This document shows, in pieces, positions 37,960 to 48,451 of a stretch of DNA of 64,000 bases (its first letter is position 1; every line of letters begins with the position of its first letter). Where the stretch lies: sequence record PX421306.1; one strand, given 5' to 3'. The stretch comes from a phage. Below the pieces are notes generated by a model. The model was not told the origin of the DNA, made no database searches, and saw nothing but the letters and a program-made list of their open reading frames with translations. The position numbers were made by a program, and so were the translations under genes.

Positions 37960-38328
37960 TTAATTACCAATCGTATATTTAGGAACGAGTTTCCATTCGT
38001 GTTTTTGTTTAAAAGAAATAACTCGGAAGTTATTGGTTAAATCTTTCATAAAAGTTCTTTGACCAGGAACGATTTCAATCAGTCCCCAATCTTCTAACAG
38101 CCATGCAATCGAATCACGACGAACTTCATCTTCTTCTGTCATTTCAACCTGACGGCCATCCATACGAAGCATTTCTTTAAAATGAACGATATAGTATAGT
38201 CCTTTTTTCTGAAGAATGTGGCAGGACTGATACAGAACTTTATCTTTATTATTAGCAATTCCCATGCGAGTCAAAGTTTCTTTTACTTTCAGAAAATCTT
38301 CAGGTTTTTTAAGAGTAATTTCAATCAT
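37960..38328 (-). CDS. regA: Translational repressor RegA
   Basis: 122 aa MIEITLKKPEDFLKVKETLTRMG...; matches remembered T4 RegA. Confidence 0.95.
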   Translation of the reverse strand: MIEITLKKPEDFLKVKETLTRMGIANNKDKVLYQSCHILQKKGLYYIVHFKEMLRMDGRQVEMTEEDEVRRDSIAWLLEDWGLIEIVPGQRTFMKDLTNNFRVISFKQKHEWKLVPKYTIGN

Positions 38329-38329
38329 T

Positions 38330-38893
38330 TTACCATTCCAATGCTAGTTTTTTGAGTTGTTTCTGTTCTTTTACGTTCTTAGTCACTTCTTTCAAAAAAT
38401 CATCCGTGACTAAACCTTTTAGTTCTTTTAATACTAAAGGAAGTTTTCCATTTTTAGTAAGAATTGATTTATAGTTAATTGCATCATTTGTATTAACTTG
38501 ATACCGCTTAGCAAGTAACTTAATAATCAATACTTCAGTAGAATCTTCGACCAGTTTTGCCCATTTACCATATCTTTTACCCCGAGGAACAGCAGCCATC
38601 AGATAATTAAAATGGGCTTCATCGCTTAAACCTGATCCAATTAAATTCATAGCATATACAGCTGGCATGCATTCAGGAAATTGTGATAATGCATTCTCAA
38701 CCATGTATTTTGAATAATCTTTTTGAGCAATAGAGCATTTAGTTTTATTATTAATAGCTCCAATTATTTCAAAAAACTCATTTTCAGCTTTTTCTTTAAA
38801 AGAATCAGCAGCAGATTGGACAGCTGTCCAATCTTTTGAATACCAAGCAACTTGATGCTCGTTTAATTGAATATCATCTTCAAATAAGCTCAT
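38330..38893 (-). CDS. 62: Clamp-loader subunit gp62
   Basis: 187 aa; length and position match T4 gp62. Confidence 0.95.
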   Translation of the reverse strand: MSLFEDDIQLNEHQVAWYSKDWTAVQSAADSFKEKAENEFFEIIGAINNKTKCSIAQKDYSKYMVENALSQFPECMPAVYAMNLIGSGLSDEAHFNYLMAAVPRGKRYGKWAKLVEDSTEVLIIKLLAKRYQVNTNDAINYKSILTKNGKLPLVLKELKGLVTDDFLKEVTKNVKEQKQLKKLALEW

Positions 38894-38894
38894 A

Positions 38895-39854
38895 TCACTT
38901 CCACTGCATTTCGCATGCCAATTGAATGAAAAGATATGCTAAATGTAATTCCGTATTAGCCGCAATTCCGTGATACTGGTTATTTTCACCAACAATTTCA
39001 TACATACGAATAATACTTTGTGGAGTTACGCGTGTATAGATTTCTTCGGCAAGTTTACCTACGAACCACGAATAATCAGCTGCATATTTTGGTGCTAAAG
39101 CTCTGAGCTGTTTAACATCTTTATTTTTGAGAGACTCAAGAACATCATCAATAGCACCACGATCGTTAGTAACCAGTGATAAAATACCAGCATCCAAAAC
39201 ACCTTTAGACGAATAACTATCGAGCTCACCAATAGTTTTACGAAAATCAGGAAAATTCTTTTTAACCAAAGCTGCTACAACTTTCATATCAGCTATAGCA
39301 ATTCCTTCATGCTTACAGATTTCAGTCAATCGACGAATCATCTGCTTCATCATTTCAATTTTATCTTCATCGGTCGGTTGACCGAACGTAATAACTCGGC
39401 AGCGTGACTGAAGCGGTTTAATAATACCATCAATATTGTTAGCAGTAATAATAATACTGCAGTTTGAACTATAAGCTTCCATAAAGGAACGAAGATGTCG
39501 CTGAGACTCTGCTAGCCCTGAGCGGTCAAATTCATCAATAACAATTACTTTTTGACGACCATCAAATGAAGCTGCACTAGCAAAATTAGTCAAAGGACCA
39601 CGAACGAAATCAATTTTACAATCTGACCCATTCACAAACATCATATCAGCATTTACATCATGACACAATGCTTTCGCTACGGTTGTTTTACCTGTTCCCG
39701 GAGAAGGAGAATGAAGAATAATATGTGGAATCTTACCTTTACTTGTAATAGATTTAAAGGTTTCTTTATCAAAGGCGGGAAGAATACATTCATCGATAGT
39801 AGATGGACGATATTTCTGTTCAAGAATGTGTTCTTTTTCATTTACAGTAATCAT
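38895..39854 (-). CDS. 44: Clamp-loader ATPase gp44
   Basis: 319 aa from ATG (track start is an upstream TTG); Walker A SPGTGKTT. Confidence 0.95.
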   Translation of the reverse strand: MITVNEKEHILEQKYRPSTIDECILPAFDKETFKSITSKGKIPHIILHSPSPGTGKTTVAKALCHDVNADMMFVNGSDCKIDFVRGPLTNFASAASFDGRQKVIVIDEFDRSGLAESQRHLRSFMEAYSSNCSIIITANNIDGIIKPLQSRCRVITFGQPTDEDKIEMMKQMIRRLTEICKHEGIAIADMKVVAALVKKNFPDFRKTIGELDSYSSKGVLDAGILSLVTNDRGAIDDVLESLKNKDVKQLRALAPKYAADYSWFVGKLAEEIYTRVTPQSIIRMYEIVGENNQYHGIAANTELHLAYLFIQLACEMQWK

Positions 39855-39888
39855 AATTTCCTCATTCAAGTTTTAGTGTAAATTATAA

Positions 39889-39902
39889 AGGGCCGAAGCC
39901 CT
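39889..39902 (-). other. Intercistronic stem-loop between genes 45 and 44 (CGAA/UUCG loop)
   Basis: agggc-cgaa-gccct. Confidence 0.5.
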
Positions 39903-39905
39903 CTA

Positions 39906-40592
39906 TTAAAAATCGTGGGTAGAATCAGCTTCAAGAGCTACTACATAATTCGCATGTTCACCTTCAAATTTAGCAGCGCCTTGTTTACCTTTTGCCCAGA
40001 GAAGAAGTTTATAATTTCCTGGTTGCATTTTCATATTTGCCATATTGATAATGAAATTAAATGTATTTTCACCATCATAATCACCAAGAGTCAAAGAATA
40101 TTTAACACGGGTCAAAGCAGAATCTTCTACTTTGTTAAAACCGTTAATTACAATTTTACCTTCTTTTACTGTGATAGCAATTGTATCAATCTGCAGACCG
40201 CGAGATACACGCAACAGCTGTTGAAGGTCTTCAGCTTTAATTTCAGTAACAACAGATGCTACCGGGAATGGAATTGGTTTATTAGGAGCAACTACTGTAC
40301 TCGGATCAGCTGCTGGCCAAAAAATTGTTGAACGGGCATCAGCAATTTTAATATTTCCATCTTCTGACTGGGAAATTTCTGCATCGTCATTAACTAGAGA
40401 CAGAATACCTAGAAAACCGTTCAAATCGTAAATTGCTACATCAAAATCAATAGTGTCAGAAATATTTGCTTCTGCATAAGTTGTACCATTAACCGCGCGA
40501 GTCATAATAAATTGACCGGATTTAAGCATAATACCGGAGTTAATAGTAGCGAAATTTTTAAGCAGAGCAGTAGTATCTTTAGACAGTTTCAT
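39906..40592 (-). CDS. 45: Sliding clamp gp45
   Basis: 228 aa; length and position match T4 gp45. Confidence 0.95.
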   Translation of the reverse strand: MKLSKDTTALLKNFATINSGIMLKSGQFIMTRAVNGTTYAEANISDTIDFDVAIYDLNGFLGILSLVNDDAEISQSEDGNIKIADARSTIFWPAADPSTVVAPNKPIPFPVASVVTEIKAEDLQQLLRVSRGLQIDTIAITVKEGKIVINGFNKVEDSALTRVKYSLTLGDYDGENTFNFIINMANMKMQPGNYKLLLWAKGKQGAAKFEGEHANYVVALEADSTHDF

Positions 40593-40619
40593 GTAATTTC
40601 CTTCAATTCAAATGAGATT

Positions 40620-40650
40620 TAATTTTATAACTAATTTAATAAAGCAATTA
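40620..40650 (-). promoter_or_regulatory. MotA-dependent middle promoter for gene 45
   Basis: Minus AATTGCTTTA (TGCTT = plus 40642-40646), 12 bp, TATAAA (plus 40624-40629). Confidence 0.5.
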
Positions 40651-41037
40651 ACGATTAAAATCAGCAGCAATTGTTTCCGCAACAATTTGAGCAGCGACAA
40701 TTAGGCGTTCATCTGCATTACCGCAATAATCATCTTCAAGGCGTTCACCGCATGAAGTCATAATAAATTTAGCACCAGCATTTAGAGATTCTGTCGTATG
40801 TTTGCGCATTAGTTCAATCCATTTATCACTCACTTCACGATCGATAGCTTCATAATACGCATGACGAGCAGGTGCAGATTTAATTTTATTCTGAATAACT
40901 TCCATCGCGTTATCAGAAAGAGACAAAACCCATGCTCGACGAATTTTATTTTGGTTTTGCGGATTTGATTCAGAACGCACGTGTTTTGGCTGAATATCTT
41001 TTACATCAACAGTATAATTCACAGTAATTTTAGTCAT
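40648..41037 (-). CDS. rpbA: RNA polymerase-binding protein RpbA
   Basis: 129 aa between genes 46 and 45, as T4 rpbA. Confidence 0.8.
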   Translation of the reverse strand: MTKITVNYTVDVKDIQPKHVRSESNPQNQNKIRRAWVLSLSDNAMEVIQNKIKSAPARHAYYEAIDREVSDKWIELMRKHTTESLNAGAKFIMTSCGERLEDDYCGNADERLIVAAQIVAETIAADFNR

Positions 41038-41046
41038 AATACACCT

Positions 41047-41235
41047 TTAGTCATAATAATCAGTAACAGTCCAAGCTTCATTCCTGTTGGACATTATTTT
41101 CGTATATTCTGATTTAAATGCATTCTTAAGCATAGATTCAGTAACTATATGCTCTTCATTAGAAAAATTATTTCTCAGAATATATCGTTTTATTTCAGGA
41201 ATAGTTAATAGATGCTGTCCAGTTGAATATTCCAT
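41047..41235 (-). CDS. Hypothetical protein (62 aa)
   Basis: ORF track; ATG confirmed. Confidence 0.65.
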   Translation of the reverse strand: MEYSTGQHLLTIPEIKRYILRNNFSNEEHIVTESMLKNAFKSEYTKIMSNRNEAWTVTDYYD

Positions 41236-41290
41236 GTTTTTCCTCCATAGAGATTATACTCTAATAAATTAAAGCATAATCTCTTATAAA

Positions 41291-42973
41291 TTAAACCATT
41301 ACAGTAAACCGACCAACTTTCTTCATTTGAAGATGCTGACCATATGCTTGTGGGTCATGGTCTCTATGCGAAATAACAAAAACGTTAGTATTTTTTAAAC
41401 TATCTAAAATAGTTGAAATAGCTTTTACACCTTCAACATCGGTCGCTGAATCAAAAACTTCATCAAGAATTAATGTGTTTATTTTAACACCTGAAACTTT
41501 TTCAGCAATATCACGCCAAGTAAATAAAAGAGCAATATCAATTCGTGCTTTTTCACCTTGACTAAATGAAGCATAACTAAAATCTTCACGACCACGGGAT
41601 TTAATTGTCTCATTAAATTCTTCATCTAATGTAAACACATAATCCGCTTCCATTATTTTAAGATAATGGTTAATCTGCTTATTAAATAATGGAATGTACT
41701 TTTTAATAATAGCACCTTTAATACCAGAATCTTTGAGCATATCAGTCAAAATTCCTCTGTGGTATTTTTCCATTACTAAATTAGTTTTTGTCTTAACAAT
41801 TTTATCAAGTTCTTCTTGAAGCAGTGCTATTTCATCAGCATGGTCAATAAACTCAGATGATGCTTTTTCTATAGCTGCTTTAACTTTTTTAGCTTTATCT
41901 ACAGTCGTGATTAGAGATTGCTTTTTATTGCGAATATCATTTGCCAACGTCTGCTGGGTTTTAATATTATCTCGGTATTCATCAACAAGAACTTTTAAAT
42001 TATCACGATGTGTTGAAAGCTGTTCAAATGAATGCGTGCATTCAGAAACTTTATCTTTAATTTTAGAAACAACTTTATCACCGGAACTTAATTGTGACAA
42101 ACAGGTTGGACATAATCCACCTTCGTGATACATATTAATAACTTTATTATACGAGTCAATTTTTGATTTAATTAAAAATGCTTCTTGACCGATTTTATTA
42201 AATGCATCAGTCGGGTCTTCATCCAAAACAATATTAACTAATCTTTCATTAGCTTCTTCTATTTCCGATTTTAACGTTCTAGCTTCTTTTGCTAAATCAT
42301 CATACATATTCTGCAGACGAGTAAGATTATCACTAGTTAATTTTTTCTGGCGTTCAACGTTATCATTATATATTTTAATTTGTTGGATAATACTATCTTT
42401 TTTAACATCAAGCACTTGGTTTTGTGAATTTAATTCACGTATTAGTGCTTTATTAAGCTTATCCATTTCAGCTAATGTTCCTACCTCAAGCAGGTCTTCC
42501 ACAAGCTTTCTTCGCGCAGGGGTCGACAAACCCATGAAAGGGGTATACCCTGCTGTACCAAGGACAACAATCTGCTTGAAACTGGCATATGACATTCCGA
42601 TAAGCTGTTCAAATTCTGCTTGGAAATCTTTACTGCTGGCAGATTCATTAAGACGTGTACCGTTAACGGTGATTTCGAAAACGTTTGGTTTTTGTCCTCT
42701 TTTGATATAGTACTTTTTCTCATCATATTCCATCCACAGTTCAACTAAAAGTTCTTTCTTATTTGTGCTGTTTATTAATTGACCTTTCTTTACATCACGA
42801 AATGGCTTGCCAAAAAGCCCAAATGTGATGGCTTCTAACATAGTAGACTTACCACCGCCATTTCGTCCAGTAATAAGAGTTTTTTGAACCTTATCTAGTT
42901 GAATGTCAATAGGATTTCCACCTACTGACATTATATTTTGATACCTAACTCGGTTTAGTTTAAAATTCTTCAC
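41291..42973 (-). CDS. 46: Recombination nuclease subunit gp46 (Rad50/SbcC-like ATPase)
   Basis: 560 aa; Walker A GRNGGGKST; GTG start; length matches T4 gp46. Confidence 0.95.
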   Translation of the reverse strand: MKNFKLNRVRYQNIMSVGGNPIDIQLDKVQKTLITGRNGGGKSTMLEAITFGLFGKPFRDVKKGQLINSTNKKELLVELWMEYDEKKYYIKRGQKPNVFEITVNGTRLNESASSKDFQAEFEQLIGMSYASFKQIVVLGTAGYTPFMGLSTPARRKLVEDLLEVGTLAEMDKLNKALIRELNSQNQVLDVKKDSIIQQIKIYNDNVERQKKLTSDNLTRLQNMYDDLAKEARTLKSEIEEANERLVNIVLDEDPTDAFNKIGQEAFLIKSKIDSYNKVINMYHEGGLCPTCLSQLSSGDKVVSKIKDKVSECTHSFEQLSTHRDNLKVLVDEYRDNIKTQQTLANDIRNKKQSLITTVDKAKKVKAAIEKASSEFIDHADEIALLQEELDKIVKTKTNLVMEKYHRGILTDMLKDSGIKGAIIKKYIPLFNKQINHYLKIMEADYVFTLDEEFNETIKSRGREDFSYASFSQGEKARIDIALLFTWRDIAEKVSGVKINTLILDEVFDSATDVEGVKAISTILDSLKNTNVFVISHRDHDPQAYGQHLQMKKVGRFTVMV

Positions 42974-43233
42974 AAAAGATTCCTTTTAATGTATCTTTTA
43001 GACCATTCTATCATATCATCATAATCTAAAAAGTATTCATCAAATTCAGCCATGCAAACAACACCTTGTGCTGCTTTTGATGTGATATAAATTATTCCAA
43101 CATATCTAGAATCTTCTTCGGTGTAATCAATATTTGCTATGAATTCATCGTTAATGTCAAATGTCGAAAACTTCACAGTATGCATCCTTAATACAAGATA
43201 CAGCCATATCTTGTAATGATTTAGGTGTGTCAT
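42970..43233 (-). CDS. Hypothetical protein (87 aa)
   Basis: ORF track; overlaps the upstream ORF by 77 nt, so the true start may be internal. Confidence 0.55.
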   Translation of the reverse strand: MTHLNHYKIWLYLVLRMHTVKFSTFDINDEFIANIDYTEEDSRYVGIIYITSKAAQGVVCMAEFDEYFLDYDDMIEWSKRYIKRNLL

Positions 43234-43420
43234 TATCTAAAATGTTGAAGTTAAAAGATACAGCCCAGTCAGTGCAGACCGTAACCTTTTTAATACAATT
43301 ATCTTCAACCTCTAACGGTTCAAACCAATATTCAATAATTTCTTTATGACCAATATCATCTTTTACTTCGCATTCAAAATGCTGGCTCATCATAACATTT
43401 TTAAATTCATCAAAAGTCAT
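43157..43420 (-). CDS. Hypothetical protein (87 aa)
   Basis: ORF track; ATG overlaps gene 47 stop. Confidence 0.65.
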   Translation of the reverse strand: MTFDEFKNVMMSQHFECEVKDDIGHKEIIEYWFEPLEVEDNCIKKVTVCTDWAVSFNFNILDNDTPKSLQDMAVSCIKDAYCEVFDI

Positions 43421-44436
43421 TGTGTTGCCTCTACATATAACTGATTTGCATATTGAATAAGTGCTTCGCGATCAGAATCAGTGATGTCTGGAATTGCATT
43501 AATGTATTCTTCCATCAGCGTCTGAAGAGATTGAACTTCAACTTCTTCACTATCATCTGACTCGACAGAGTTATCAATCTTTGACACAACTCGTAATGAA
43601 TGCACAACTTTTTCTAGTTCAGATTCGAACTTCGTTAGATTTTTGTCTACCTCAGTTACTATAACACGTACTGATAGATTTGTAAAATCTTTATAGTCAA
43701 TTTTTCCCTTAAATGGATATTGAATTCGACGATGCCAGGTAGTGTTGTTTGGAATAAATTCCATTCGTTCTGTTTCTGTATCAAACACCCAGAACCCACG
43801 AGGGTCATTCTCGTCACCTGCAGTTAGTGTCCATGGTGTCCCAATATATCTGACGTTAGCAGCCTCAGAGATAGTATGGAAGTGACCAGACCACACTTCT
43901 TTATAAGTCTTAAGGAAATCAGGTTCAAGACCGTGAGATTTCATTCCTTTATAAAAATAAAATCCATTCAGCTCCCAGTGACCGACACAAAAAGAAGCAG
44001 ATGAAGTTTTGATGTGTTCAAGAATTTCACCAGTATTTTCTTCGCACATCCAAGGAATTAAATCAATCAAACATCCGTCAAAATCTACTGTAGTAGGCTT
44101 ATCATATACTTTAACATTAGGATATTTAGCCAAAAGCTCAGTAGAAGCATTTGGAGTTAAAGTATTTTTAAAGTGCATATCATGGTTTCCTACAACAGTA
44201 TGCAGGGTAATACCAGCATCATCAAGCATTTGAACTATTTCACGAGCGAACTCCATAGTTTTATGCGTGATTGCTTTTCGCACATCAAAAATATCGCCGT
44301 ATTGAATCCATGTAGTAATTCCATTTTTCTTAGAATATTCTATCGCCTGCTTAATTCCATCCAACTGGATTGATTGAACCCACTCATCATCGGCTTTAAC
44401 ACCTAAATGCCAATCACCTAAATTTAAAATTTTCAT
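43417..44436 (-). CDS. 47: Recombination nuclease subunit gp47 (Mre11/SbcD-like)
   Basis: 339 aa; phosphoesterase motifs (GDWHLG, GNHD); matches T4 gp47. Confidence 0.95.
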   Translation of the reverse strand: MKILNLGDWHLGVKADDEWVQSIQLDGIKQAIEYSKKNGITTWIQYGDIFDVRKAITHKTMEFAREIVQMLDDAGITLHTVVGNHDMHFKNTLTPNASTELLAKYPNVKVYDKPTTVDFDGCLIDLIPWMCEENTGEILEHIKTSSASFCVGHWELNGFYFYKGMKSHGLEPDFLKTYKEVWSGHFHTISEAANVRYIGTPWTLTAGDENDPRGFWVFDTETERMEFIPNNTTWHRRIQYPFKGKIDYKDFTNLSVRVIVTEVDKNLTKFESELEKVVHSLRVVSKIDNSVESDDSEEVEVQSLQTLMEEYINAIPDITDSDREALIQYANQLYVEATQ

Positions 44437-44573
44437 ATATCAAGAACCGTCATTGAAATGCAAAATAAAATTATTGAAATAAATCCATCTGGAGTGCTAA
44501 AGAACCCAATCCAACATGCTTTAGTGAACAAATAAAACGCTAGAAAAAGTATCACATATCCAAGAAATATCAT
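44433..44573 (-). CDS. Small hydrophobic peptide (46 aa)
   Basis: Hand-translated MIFLGYVILFLAFYLFTKACWIGFFSTPDGFISIILFCISMTVLDI; stop overlaps gene 47 ATG. Confidence 0.45.
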   Translation of the reverse strand: MIFLGYVILFLAFYLFTKACWIGFFSTPDGFISIILFCISMTVLDI

Positions 44574-44596
44574 TATATCAAACTCCGTATAAAGCT

Positions 44597-44614
44597 AAAG
44601 GGCCGAAGCCCTTT
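44597..44614 (-). terminator. Terminator hairpin (CGAA/UUCG loop) overlapping the a-gt stop
   Basis: aaagggc-cgaa-gcccttt. Confidence 0.65.
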
Positions 44615-45815
44615 ATTTTGTAATAATGTCAAACTGTTCTTTAAAGCAGAAGCTTGAATCTTGATGCTGATACAAAAATTCATAAGCTTTTTCACGTTCA
44701 CGGTCATAAAGAGCTCGGTCAGATGACAGTTCTTTAATACGTTCAAATGTTGATTCCATGTCATTTTCATCAAACCAAACGATACCGCTATCATGAGAAA
44801 TTAACGGAGTATTATCAACACGGAATTTTAAATTTTCGCCAGTAGATTTCCAAAATACTGGAATTGTTCCACATGCACCAAGCTCGAGATGAGTGTATTC
44901 TAAAGAACGCTGTAGATATTTTTTATCTAATTTACTCAGCTGATAACCAAATCCGGATTTACTCATGCGTTCAAGCATTTCGCTATTTACATAACGGTCG
45001 AGAATTTGCGTTGGCAAATTAGGAGCAATTTTAATTTGGTCTACTTGATGAAGACGATAATACTCGTATGGAATTCCTTTTTCTTTAATAGGAATGAATG
45101 CTGGAGAACGTTCCAGACCTTCCATAACAGTACTTAGTCCTGCGGGTTTAAGATGTTTTTCGTGAAAATCAAACATCTGATAAAAACCTTTCCATGTAGT
45201 AGTACGACCAATCCAACGGTTGATATTCATGTTAATTTCAGAAACATCTTTCCAGTAAGTTGATCGAACCTTCGCAATATCCATAGGAGGCTGAAAGTTA
45301 TATACGGTCGGTGCTTCTTCAATATCATCAAACAGAGAAACAGTTTCCGGATACCATTCTTTCATTAAAACTTTATTAAAATCACCATTATCAGAATGGC
45401 TAAAAATAACATCAGCTTGACGAACAGTTTCTTCTAATCCCAAATTTCGGCGCAAAGAAAGAGAAGAATGGTCATGTTGATAAACTACAACACGAACCGA
45501 AGGTTTAATGTTATCAATAATTTTTTTATAGTTATTAATTGTGTCTTCTTCAACTGAAGTAGCAGGAACTGAATTGATAATTAGAATATCACAATCATTT
45601 ACCAGTTTAAGTGTTTTATCGTATTCTTTTGCCAATAAAACCGGAATTGAAAATGATTTATAATCATGCGCGCAATTACGGGTAAATGATTTATCTTTAG
45701 CATAAACCAAAGTTACTTCATGACCATTTTTAATAAACCAATCACGCTGCTCAAGAGAAAATTTAGTTACGCCACAACCTTCAAGACCTCGAGCCATAAA
45801 AATGCATACTTTCAT
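44613..45815 (-). CDS. a-gt: DNA alpha-glucosyltransferase
   Basis: 400 aa; length and position match T4 alpha-gt. Confidence 0.95.
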   Translation of the reverse strand: MKVCIFMARGLEGCGVTKFSLEQRDWFIKNGHEVTLVYAKDKSFTRNCAHDYKSFSIPVLLAKEYDKTLKLVNDCDILIINSVPATSVEEDTINNYKKIIDNIKPSVRVVVYQHDHSSLSLRRNLGLEETVRQADVIFSHSDNGDFNKVLMKEWYPETVSLFDDIEEAPTVYNFQPPMDIAKVRSTYWKDVSEINMNINRWIGRTTTWKGFYQMFDFHEKHLKPAGLSTVMEGLERSPAFIPIKEKGIPYEYYRLHQVDQIKIAPNLPTQILDRYVNSEMLERMSKSGFGYQLSKLDKKYLQRSLEYTHLELGACGTIPVFWKSTGENLKFRVDNTPLISHDSGIVWFDENDMESTFERIKELSSDRALYDREREKAYEFLYQHQDSSFCFKEQFDIITK

Positions 45816-45866
45816 TTAATATCCTCATTGTTTTGGTTTATTTTACCAAAAATTTGTAAAGCAATA

Positions 45867-45884
45867 TAGGAGCCGAAGCTCCTA
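45867..45884 (-). terminator. Terminator-like hairpin (CGAA/UUCG loop)
   Basis: taggagc-cgaa-gctccta. Confidence 0.5.
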
Positions 45885-46055
45885 TCCGCATAATACACCG
45901 TACAGAGGCTCATTAGAGCTTCTAAATTTTATACGCTTATATGTTATAGTTCCTTCTGCTTTAGCTTTATCATGAGACTCTTTAAAGCGCCTCATCATTT
46001 CTACTTTAGAGGAACGAATTTTATTATAATCTATTTCAGAAGTCTGGGTGTTCAT
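45882..46055 (-). CDS. Small ORF (57 aa)
   Basis: Hand-translated MNTQTSEIDYNKIRSSKVEMMRRFKESHDKAKAEG...; weak SD. Confidence 0.3.
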   Translation of the reverse strand: MNTQTSEIDYNKIRSSKVEMMRRFKESHDKAKAEGTITYKRIKFRSSNEPLYGVLCG

Positions 46056-46058
46056 CTT

Positions 46059-46262
46059 TCACAGTTGCCACCATTTTTTGACTTGATAGGAATCAACCCA
46101 CACTTTCATATTAGGGTCTGCTCTTACAATAGGAGGATTAACTTCTTTAATTGAACTATCATGGTATTCTTTTTCAGAAATTTTCACGCAAAGATGACCA
46201 TTCAAAGATTCAGTAAATCCTGCATTAATTTTAAGACGCTTGAATTTTACGTGTGTAAGCAT
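46059..46262 (-). CDS. Hypothetical protein (67 aa)
   Basis: Track ORF trimmed from TTG to the adjacent ATG. Confidence 0.55.
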   Translation of the reverse strand: MLTHVKFKRLKINAGFTESLNGHLCVKISEKEYHDSSIKEVNPPIVRADPNMKVWVDSYQVKKWWQL

Positions 46263-46548
46263 CAATCATATCCTCAATCTGCGATCTAGTAGTCTTCCAA
46301 AGAATACTAATAAGTTCATCGTTATATGGCTGTTTTAGAATATCCCGACTTTTCTTGATAGCATATTCGTATTGAGCAAAATTATTGTTTTCAGCTGCAA
46401 TCTGAGCGTGCTTGTAAAGACGGTTCAGTTCGCGTTTGTTTTTAGACAATAACTTATTTGCTTTTCTTTCTGCTTCAAGACGGTTCTTTTCTTCAATAGA
46501 AGAAATAAGCTTTTCCACTTCATCATTAATTTCGGGTTTATCAGTCAT
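46231..46548 (-). CDS. Hypothetical protein (105 aa)
   Basis: ORF track; ATG confirmed. Confidence 0.7.
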   Translation of the reverse strand: MTDKPEINDEVEKLISSIEEKNRLEAERKANKLLSKNKRELNRLYKHAQIAAENNNFAQYEYAIKKSRDILKQPYNDELISILWKTTRSQIEDMIDAYTRKIQAS

Positions 46549-46549
46549 A

Positions 46550-46768
46550 TTATTTCTCTAATATAAAATAAAAATCATCATCTGTTAAATGATACCGATA
46601 GTTTAATTCTACACCATTAGATTTAAAAGCGGTATCATACGGATTTTCTGGATCAATATCAATGTCAAGAGCTAAAACTTCCCTGAGATACATTTTAAGT
46701 AAATAGGGAATAGCTTCAACTTCAGGTATTTCTTCCAAGAATCCGGAGAGGTTAATCGTTAGCCTCAT
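46550..46768 (-). CDS. Hypothetical protein (72 aa)
   Basis: ORF track; ATG confirmed. Confidence 0.65.
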
Positions 46769-47309
46769 ATAAAAAATCCAAACTAGGAGAATCGTCTACA
46801 ACACTTTTCTTTTCAGCCCCCGGTGTTCTATAGGTTGATTCTTCGTAATGCGTCATTTTATCGTAGATGTCTTGAATAAAAGTTTCATCTACTAACGCAA
46901 CCATATCGTCGTCACGACTGTCATAGACATTGTGAACGAAGTAACTATATTTCTTTGCAACTTCCTTACGTTCTTTTTTAATACGTTGGACGAATGCATT
47001 AAAACAAGCTTGAGTTATATATGCATGTGGGTTTTTATATTTCGTTTCATCAAAATTATGAAGCCCCTTAATAGAAGCTTCTATACCATCTGCAATCATT
47101 TCTTGTTTCCAGGATTGGGTGTATCCTGAAAAGTTGAAACGTTTAGATAAGCCTTCTGCAATAAGCATAATGGCCAATCCGATAGTATCATTCTGACGAA
47201 CTACTTTATTTGGGTCTTTATTATTTGCTAATTCTGTTTTCCAATCAATAATAGCTTGTAAAAGCTCTTTATTGTTTACGTAATTATATTTAGGCTTAGT
47301 TTCTGACAT
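46752..47309 (-). CDS. 55: Late sigma factor gp55
   Basis: 185 aa from [27 protein letters not shown] with SD GAGGTGA (track start is an upstream GTG); matches T4 gp55. Confidence 0.95.
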
Positions 47310-47387
47310 TTTCACCTCTTAGCTCAATTCATAGATCTATTATATCATAATATTTGAAGATCTATCTTAAAGCATAGAGGGTATCAG

Positions 47388-47657
47388 TTATCTAAGTAAG
47401 CAGTATGCTTGGAACACTTTCTCCATCATCTTTTTAAATTCGTGAATATCTATATAATGACTAGTTAAATCAGCATGATATAAAAAGTCTAAAAACTTTT
47501 CATGTGTGCTAGCATATTCACTTTCATTTAATTCAGAAACATGGCTTTCCCAATATCCAACACCAGTCTTATTTGGGAAAAATGAAATTTTCATATATTG
47601 GTCAACATAGAAAATGCCATAATTTTCAATAGTAATAGAAATATTAATAAATTTCAT
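47388..47657 (-). CDS. Hypothetical protein (89 aa)
   Basis: ORF track; ATG confirmed. Confidence 0.7.
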   Translation of the reverse strand: MKFINISITIENYGIFYVDQYMKISFFPNKTGVGYWESHVSELNESEYASTHEKFLDFLYHADLTSHYIDIHEFKKMMEKVFQAYCLLR

Positions 47658-47875
47658 ACATTCATCAACTTAGCCGCTTCAAGAGCTGCATCTAGTGAAT
47701 CAAATTGGTCAACGTATTCAATCAATTCGCCATAATTAGCGTATAACCACCATTGGCTAAATTCATACTCAAGGATGAATCCATTTCCTTCAATTTGAGT
47801 TAAACCAATGCCATTTGTATTTACTTCATATCCGGCAAGACGTAAATCGTTAATAAGAGCTTCGTTCATATTCAT
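47654..47875 (-). CDS. Hypothetical protein (73 aa)
   Basis: ORF track; ATG confirmed. Confidence 0.7.
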   Translation of the reverse strand: MNMNEALINDLRLAGYEVNTNGIGLTQIEGNGFILEYEFSQWWLYANYGELIEYVDQFDSLDAALEAAKLMNV

Positions 47876-48198
47876 ACCTTAGCAATTTTCAGGTCAGCAA
47901 ATTTTTTCTTGCGTTGATTTTTCATACGACGAATAGTTTTATCGGAAATTTCATGTTTTTGATAAGCTTTAGATTCTACGCCAAAAGCTTTAACATCAAA
48001 TTCTGACAAGATATATTGAACCAACAATTCACGAACAGTATTTCGTCCAATCTTCTGATCATTCTGTTTCATCGTCTGATGAAGCTCTTTTTCCCATTTA
48101 TCCAAAATTTGAGGATTTACAATATCGCCTTTTTCTAACAAAGAAACTACTTTATCATATGCATAAGAATTGATGGCGTTTTTAATTTGAATAGTCAT
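47872..48198 (-). CDS. Hypothetical protein (108 aa)
   Basis: ORF track; ATG confirmed; SD GAGGATAATG. Confidence 0.7.
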   Translation of the reverse strand: MTIQIKNAINSYAYDKVVSLLEKGDIVNPQILDKWEKELHQTMKQNDQKIGRNTVRELLVQYILSEFDVKAFGVESKAYQKHEISDKTIRRMKNQRKKKFADLKIAKV

Positions 48199-48226
48199 AC
48201 ATTATCCTCAATTGCGTTAAAATTTT

Positions 48227-48252
48227 ATTATCCAAAAAGGGCCGAAGCCCTT
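48227..48252 (-). terminator. Intrinsic terminator (CGAA/UUCG loop)
   Basis: aagggc-cgaa-gccctt overlapping the upstream stop; U-rich tract follows on the minus RNA. Confidence 0.7.
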
Positions 48253-48451
48253 AGCTAAACTGTTTGGCACCCTTCCAGCCTTCGTACATCATTGCAGCTG
48301 ATATTAATATTGCTCCTGCGCATTTTGAATATTTGTGATTCCAAAACCAGTTCAGAAAAACTTCGTCATCAATACCTTGGGCTATCATATTTTCAAAGAA
48401 CTGACGACGAGCTTCAGCAATTCGTTGTGATAATTTAGATTCAGGATTCAT
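48251..48451 (-). CDS. Hypothetical protein (66 aa)
   Basis: ORF track; ATG confirmed. Confidence 0.65.
   Translation of the reverse strand: MNPESKLSQRIAEARRQFFENMIAQGIDDEVFLNWFWNHKYSKCAGAILISAAMMYEGWKGAKQFS

Noticed and set aside
44573-44794. 73-aa minus-strand ORF
   Set aside because: Out-of-frame overlap with the 3' end of alpha-gt; the real small gene here is the 46-aa peptide at 44433-44573
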